A stretch of DNA of 62,903 nt, filler included, from Reclinomonas americana ATCC 50394 (Eukaryota): NCBI GenBank assembly GCA_048213135.1. It is 22 parts of 22 records of this genome, joined end to end, with 100 filler letters (N's around TTAATTAATTAA, not from the genome) between each part and the next. Parts side by side here need not be neighbours in the genome. Positions count along the whole stretch, not along the records: positions 58,228 to 62,903 come from AFZH01021806.1; 21 more parts are not named here. One strand, 5' to 3'. The translations under genes and the position numbers were made by a program. Below are positions 58,230-62,903 of this stretch, piece by piece (positions within the stretch are counted from its first letter, which is position 1; each line of letters opens with the position of its first letter). The notes under the pieces were generated by a model. It ran no database searches. It was not told the DNA's origin and saw only the letters and a list, made by a program, of their open reading frames with translations.

Positions 58230-61200
58230 ACATACTACTTCCGTGCTGTTGGCACCTCTGTTGATGCACCATCTGGGGTATCCGACGCACCCAAATCTTT
58301 CTCAACTGTCCTCACCTTGGCAGCCACAAGTGTCGCGCCAGTGTCCGCTGTTCTGAATGCCTCACTCGACCCTGGCGCACTGGGTGCTGCGAGTGCTTCA
58401 TTTTTGTATTCCACATCGCCAACACTGGCCACCGGCGTGGTCACGGTGACGTCAGCTGCAGTGTCGCCCGCTGGCCCATACTCGACGCCCGGTGCTGTCG
58501 CGGTTAGTGCGACTGTCAGTGGGCTATCAGCCAGCACCACATACTTCTTCCAGGTGACGGTGTCCATTGATTCGAACTCCCCATCAACTTCGCAAGTAGT
58601 CTTGAATGGTGGGACTCGTTCATTCTCCACTAGTCCGCTTCCGGATCTGACCACCACTGCTGCCACCGCGGTGACCGTCAGCAGCGCCATTCTCAACGCC
58701 TCCGTGGGAACCAATGGCGGCAGCACAGTAACGGTTTCGTTTCAGTACTCGACGGACTCATCGTTTGTCACGGGTGTGGTGACTATCTCCAATATCTCGC
58801 CTTCCCCGACTGTGACTTCAACAGCGCCGGTCAGTGTTAGTGCGACGGTTTCTGGCCTTGCTCCCCTTCTTACCTTCTTCTATCGTGTGGTTGGCACGAC
58901 AATGGACTTGATGGCACCGCAATTGGGTACAGCTCTGACGTTTTCCACTGTGGAAACGTCAGCAGTGACCGACCTGACTCCGCAGAGTGTGGTGTTCCGC
59001 GGCGCACTGAATCCTGCTGGCCAGAGCTGCACGGCTGTGTTCCAGTACAGCACGTCGTCGACTCTGGCCACAGGCGTCACCACTGTGAGCGTTCTGACGC
59101 CCTCGTCACCTTACACTGGCGCTACTCGCATAGACGTCGCGGCCACTGTCACTGGTCTCACTCCGCTGACGACATACTACTTCCGCCTTGTGGTGACAGT
59201 GACGGCCACAATGCAGGAGCTGCAGGGTGCAACACTATTCTTCATCGCCCCCGGCAACCCCACTGTCACGACGGTGGCCCCCTCCTCTGTGTTCCAGACG
59301 ACAATCACCCTCAACGGCACTGTTGATCCGAAGAACAACAGCGCAGTCACCGTGACGTTTGAGTACAGTCTCGTTGCGGATATCGATCTGTCAAGTGGAC
59401 TGACGGTGGTGACGACAACCACGCCGGCTGGGCCGTTCTCAGGCAGCGGATCGCAGACAGTGTCGGCGGTCATTGTCGGCCTCCAACCAAACACGAGCTA
59501 TTCGTATCGTGTGGTGGCTGTGGTAGTTGGCAATTCGCCGCAACGTGGTTCAATTCTCACAGCAACAACCCCCGGGCTGCCAATTGTGACGGTCGGAAGT
59601 GCCACGGTTATAACAGCTGGCTCGGCGACACTGTCAGCAACGGTGAATCCTTCCAATGGTCGCGCCGATACAGTGTCATTCATTGTTGCTACCGACGCCG
59701 CGTTCACCGCCAATGTGATCACCGTGACGAACACCACTCCAGTTGCGCCCATCACCGGATCCACTCCTGTGACTGTCACTGCCGTTGTGAGCGGACTCAG
59801 CCCAGTCACCATGTACTATTTCAAGTTCGCAAGCACTGTTCAGGGTGTATCGCCAGCGCAGGAGTCCATGTCGGCAACATTTGCAACACCCAACGCGCCG
59901 GTTGTTGTGAGCCTGGCGGCTGTGGTGACAGGCCCGACATCGGCGACGCTGGGAGGCACGGTGAACGCGCAAGGTGGATCGACGGTCACAGTTTCGATCG
60001 AGTTCTCCACATCCATGACGTTTGCGAGTGGAGTGCTGACTGCATCTGCAGTGTCGCCAGTCACCGTCAGCGGCACCAGCACCGTGAATGTGACTGGTAG
60101 TGCAGCCGGTCTCACGATAAGCACGCAGTACTACTTCCGCGTTGTGGCCACCACGAGTGGTGGAGCTTTTGTGCGGTACGGCAACGTGGTTCCATTTACA
60201 CCATTCAACCTTCCTGTTGCCACCAGCTCATCCGCCACTGTGACGAGCGCCGTGTCGGCGACGCTGGGAGGCAGTGTGAATGCGCAAGGTGGACCGACAG
60301 TCACTGTGTCGATTGAATACTCCCTATCCATGTCCTTTGCGAGTGCTGTGTTCACTGCGTCGGATGTGTCGCCAGCCAGTGTCAGCGGCAGCATGGACAC
60401 TGCAGTGACGGGCAGTGCAACGGGCCTGACACCCAACACGCAGTACTACTTCCGCATCGTGGCCACCACGAGTGGTGGAGCGCCTGTGCAGTACAGCAGT
60501 GCGCTGCCATTCACCACGTTCAAATTGGCCACTGCCACCAGCTCGCCCGCGACTGTGACAAGTGCCGTGTCAGCGACGCTGGGAGGCAGTGTGAATGCGC
60601 AAGGTGGACCGACAGTCACTGTGTCGATCGAGTACTCCACATCCATGACGTTTGCGAGTGGTGTGCTGAGTACTTCGACAGTGTCACCTGTCACCGTCAG
60701 CGGTACAACAACTGTGACTGTGACGGGTAGTGCAGCAGGTTTGTCACCCAACACGCAGTACTACTTCCGCATTGTGGCCACCACGAGTGGTGGAGCGCCT
60801 GTGCAGTACAGTGGTGCGCTGCCATTCACCACATTCAAGTTGGCCACTGCCACCACCTCGCCTGCTACCGTGACAAGTGCCGTGTCGGCGACGCTGGGAG
60901 GCAGTGTAAATGCGCAAGGTGGACCGACAGTCACTGTGTCGATTGAGTACTCCACATCCATGACGTTTGCGAGTGGCGTACTGACTGCATCTGCAGTGTC
61001 ACCGACCACCGTGAGCGGCAGTGTGGACACGGCAGTGACGGGTAGTGCAACAGGTCTGTCACCCAACACGCAGTACTACTTCCGCATTGTGGCCACGACA
61101 AGCGGTGGAGCGCCTGTGCAGTACAGCGGTGCGTTGCCATTTACCACGTTCAAGTTGGCCACTGCCACCAGCTCATCCGCCACTGTGACGAGCGCCGTGT

Positions 61201-62903
61201 CAGCGACGCTGAGTGGCAGTGTGAACGCACAAGGTGGACCGACTGTCACTGTGTCGATTGAGTACTCCACATCCATGACGTTTGCGAGTGGCGTATTGAC
61301 TGCATCTGCAGTGTCACCGACCACCGTCAGCGGCAGCATGGACACGCCAGTGACGGGTAGTGCGACGGGCCTGACACCCAACACGCAGTACTACTTCCGC
61401 ATTGTGGCCACCACGAGTGGTGGAGCGCCTGCGCAGTACAGTGGTGCGCTGTCGTTCACCTCGTTCAAGTTGGCCACTGCCACCAGCTCGCCCGCCACTG
61501 TGACGAGCGCCGTGTCGGCGACGCTGGGAGGCAGTGTGAATGCGCAAGGTGGACCGACTGTCACCGTGTCGATTGAGTACTCCACATCCATGACTTTCGC
61601 GAGTGGCGTACTGAGTGCGTCGGCAGTGTCGCCTGCAACCGTCAGCGGCAGTATGGACACGCCAGTGACAGGAAGTGCGACAGGCCTGACACCCAACACG
61701 CAGTACTTCTTCCGCATTGTGGCCACCACGAGTGGCGGAGCGCCTTTGCAGTACAGCAATCCGCTGCCATTCACCGCGTTCAAATTTGCCACTGCCACCA
61801 GCTCGCCCGCGACTGTGACGAGCGCCGTGTCGGCGACGTTGAGTGGCAGTGTGAATGCGCAAGGTGGACCGACTGTCACCGTGTCGATTGAGTACTCCAC
61901 ATCCATGACGTTTGCGAGTGGCGTACTGACTGCGCCGGCTGTGTCACCGACCACCGTCAGCGGTACTACAACTGTGACTGTGACGGGCAGTGCAGCAGGC
62001 CTGTCACCCAACACGCAGTACTACTTCCGCATCGTGGCCACGACAAGCGGTGGAGCGCCTGCGCAGTACAGTGGTGCGCTGTCGTTCACCTCGTTCAAGT
62101 TGGCCACTGCCACCAGCTCATCCGCCACTGTGACGAGCGCCGTGTCGGCGACGCTGGGAGGCAGTGTGAATGCGCAAGGTGGACCGACAGTCACTGTGTC
62201 GATTGAGTACTCCACATCCATGACGTTTGCGAGTGGCGTACTAAATGCATCTGCAGTGTCACCGACCACCGTGAGCGGCAGCATGGACACGCCAGTGACA
62301 GGAAGCGCGACGGGCCTGACACCCAACACGCTGTACTACTTCCGCATTGTGGCCACGACAAGCGGTGGAGCGCCTGCGCAGTACAGTGGTGCGCTGTCGT
62401 TCACCTCGTTCAAATTGGCCACTGCCACCAGCTCGCCCGCGACTGTGACAAGTGCCGTGTCGGCGACGCTGGGAGGCAGTGTGAATGCGCAAGGTGGACC
62501 GACTGTCACTGTGTCGATTGAGTACTCCACATCCATGACGTTTGCGAGTGGCGTACTAAATGCATCTGCAGTGTCACCGACCACCGTCAGCGGCAGCATG
62601 GACACGCCAGTGACAGGTAGTGCAGCAGGATTGACACCCAACACGCAGTACTACTTCCGCATCGTGGCCACCACAAGCGGTGGAGCGCCTGCGCAGTACA
62701 GTGGTGCGCTGTCGTTCACCACATTCAAGTTTGCCACTGCCACCAGCTCGCCCGCCACAGTGATGAGTGCCGTGTCGGCGACGCTGAGTGGCAGCGTGAA
62801 CGCGCAAGGTGGACCGACAGTCACTGTGTCGATTGAGTACTCAACGTCCATGACGTTTGCGAGTGGCGTACTGACTGCATCTGCAGTGTCACCGACCACG
62901 GCC
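58230..62903 (+). CDS. Very large intronless S/T-rich protein with ~15 tandem 105-aa fibronectin type III-like domains; open at both ends
   Basis: One + strand frame of 1558 codons with no stop seen, absent from the ORF track because it runs off the window end. Unit SATLGGSVNAQGG...SIEYSTS...GLTPNTQYYFRIVATTSGG, with an exact 315-bp period from ~59890 on. Confidence 0.9.

Noticed and set aside
58235..62899. Series of ~102-aa minus-strand ORFs that look like a tandem small-gene array
   Set aside because: Antisense shadows of the + strand FN3 repeats; their stops come from the Tyr codons (TAC TAC).

Overview
Eukaryotic (protist-like, GC-rich, short GT-AG introns) draft scaffold made of 22 contigs joined by artificial 100-nt N/TTAATTAATTAA spacers. 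The left half is an accessory, conflict-type region. It holds two tandem copies of an NLR-like gene with the architecture ubiquitin-like domain - HEPN-like (R-x4-H) - NACHT - pentapeptide repeat - near-identical WD40 repeats with hypervariable sites; copy 1 carries a 7-nt frameshift deletion. It also holds a tandemly duplicated, spliced Crinkler-type HNH nuclease gene whose two copies differ almost only by amino-acid-changing substitutions, and four decayed fragments of an RLE-type non-LTR retrotransposon. Housekeeping genes are interspersed or follow: Abraxas-like, a coiled-coil protein, BRE1, RRP5, SLD5, a WD40 protein, a possible Mex67/NXF1, CWC22 and SNU114/EFTUD2. The window ends inside an intronless ORF of more than 1550 codons built from 105-aa FN3-like repeats, which the ORF track missed. 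All calls come from manual motif reading; no database searches were run.
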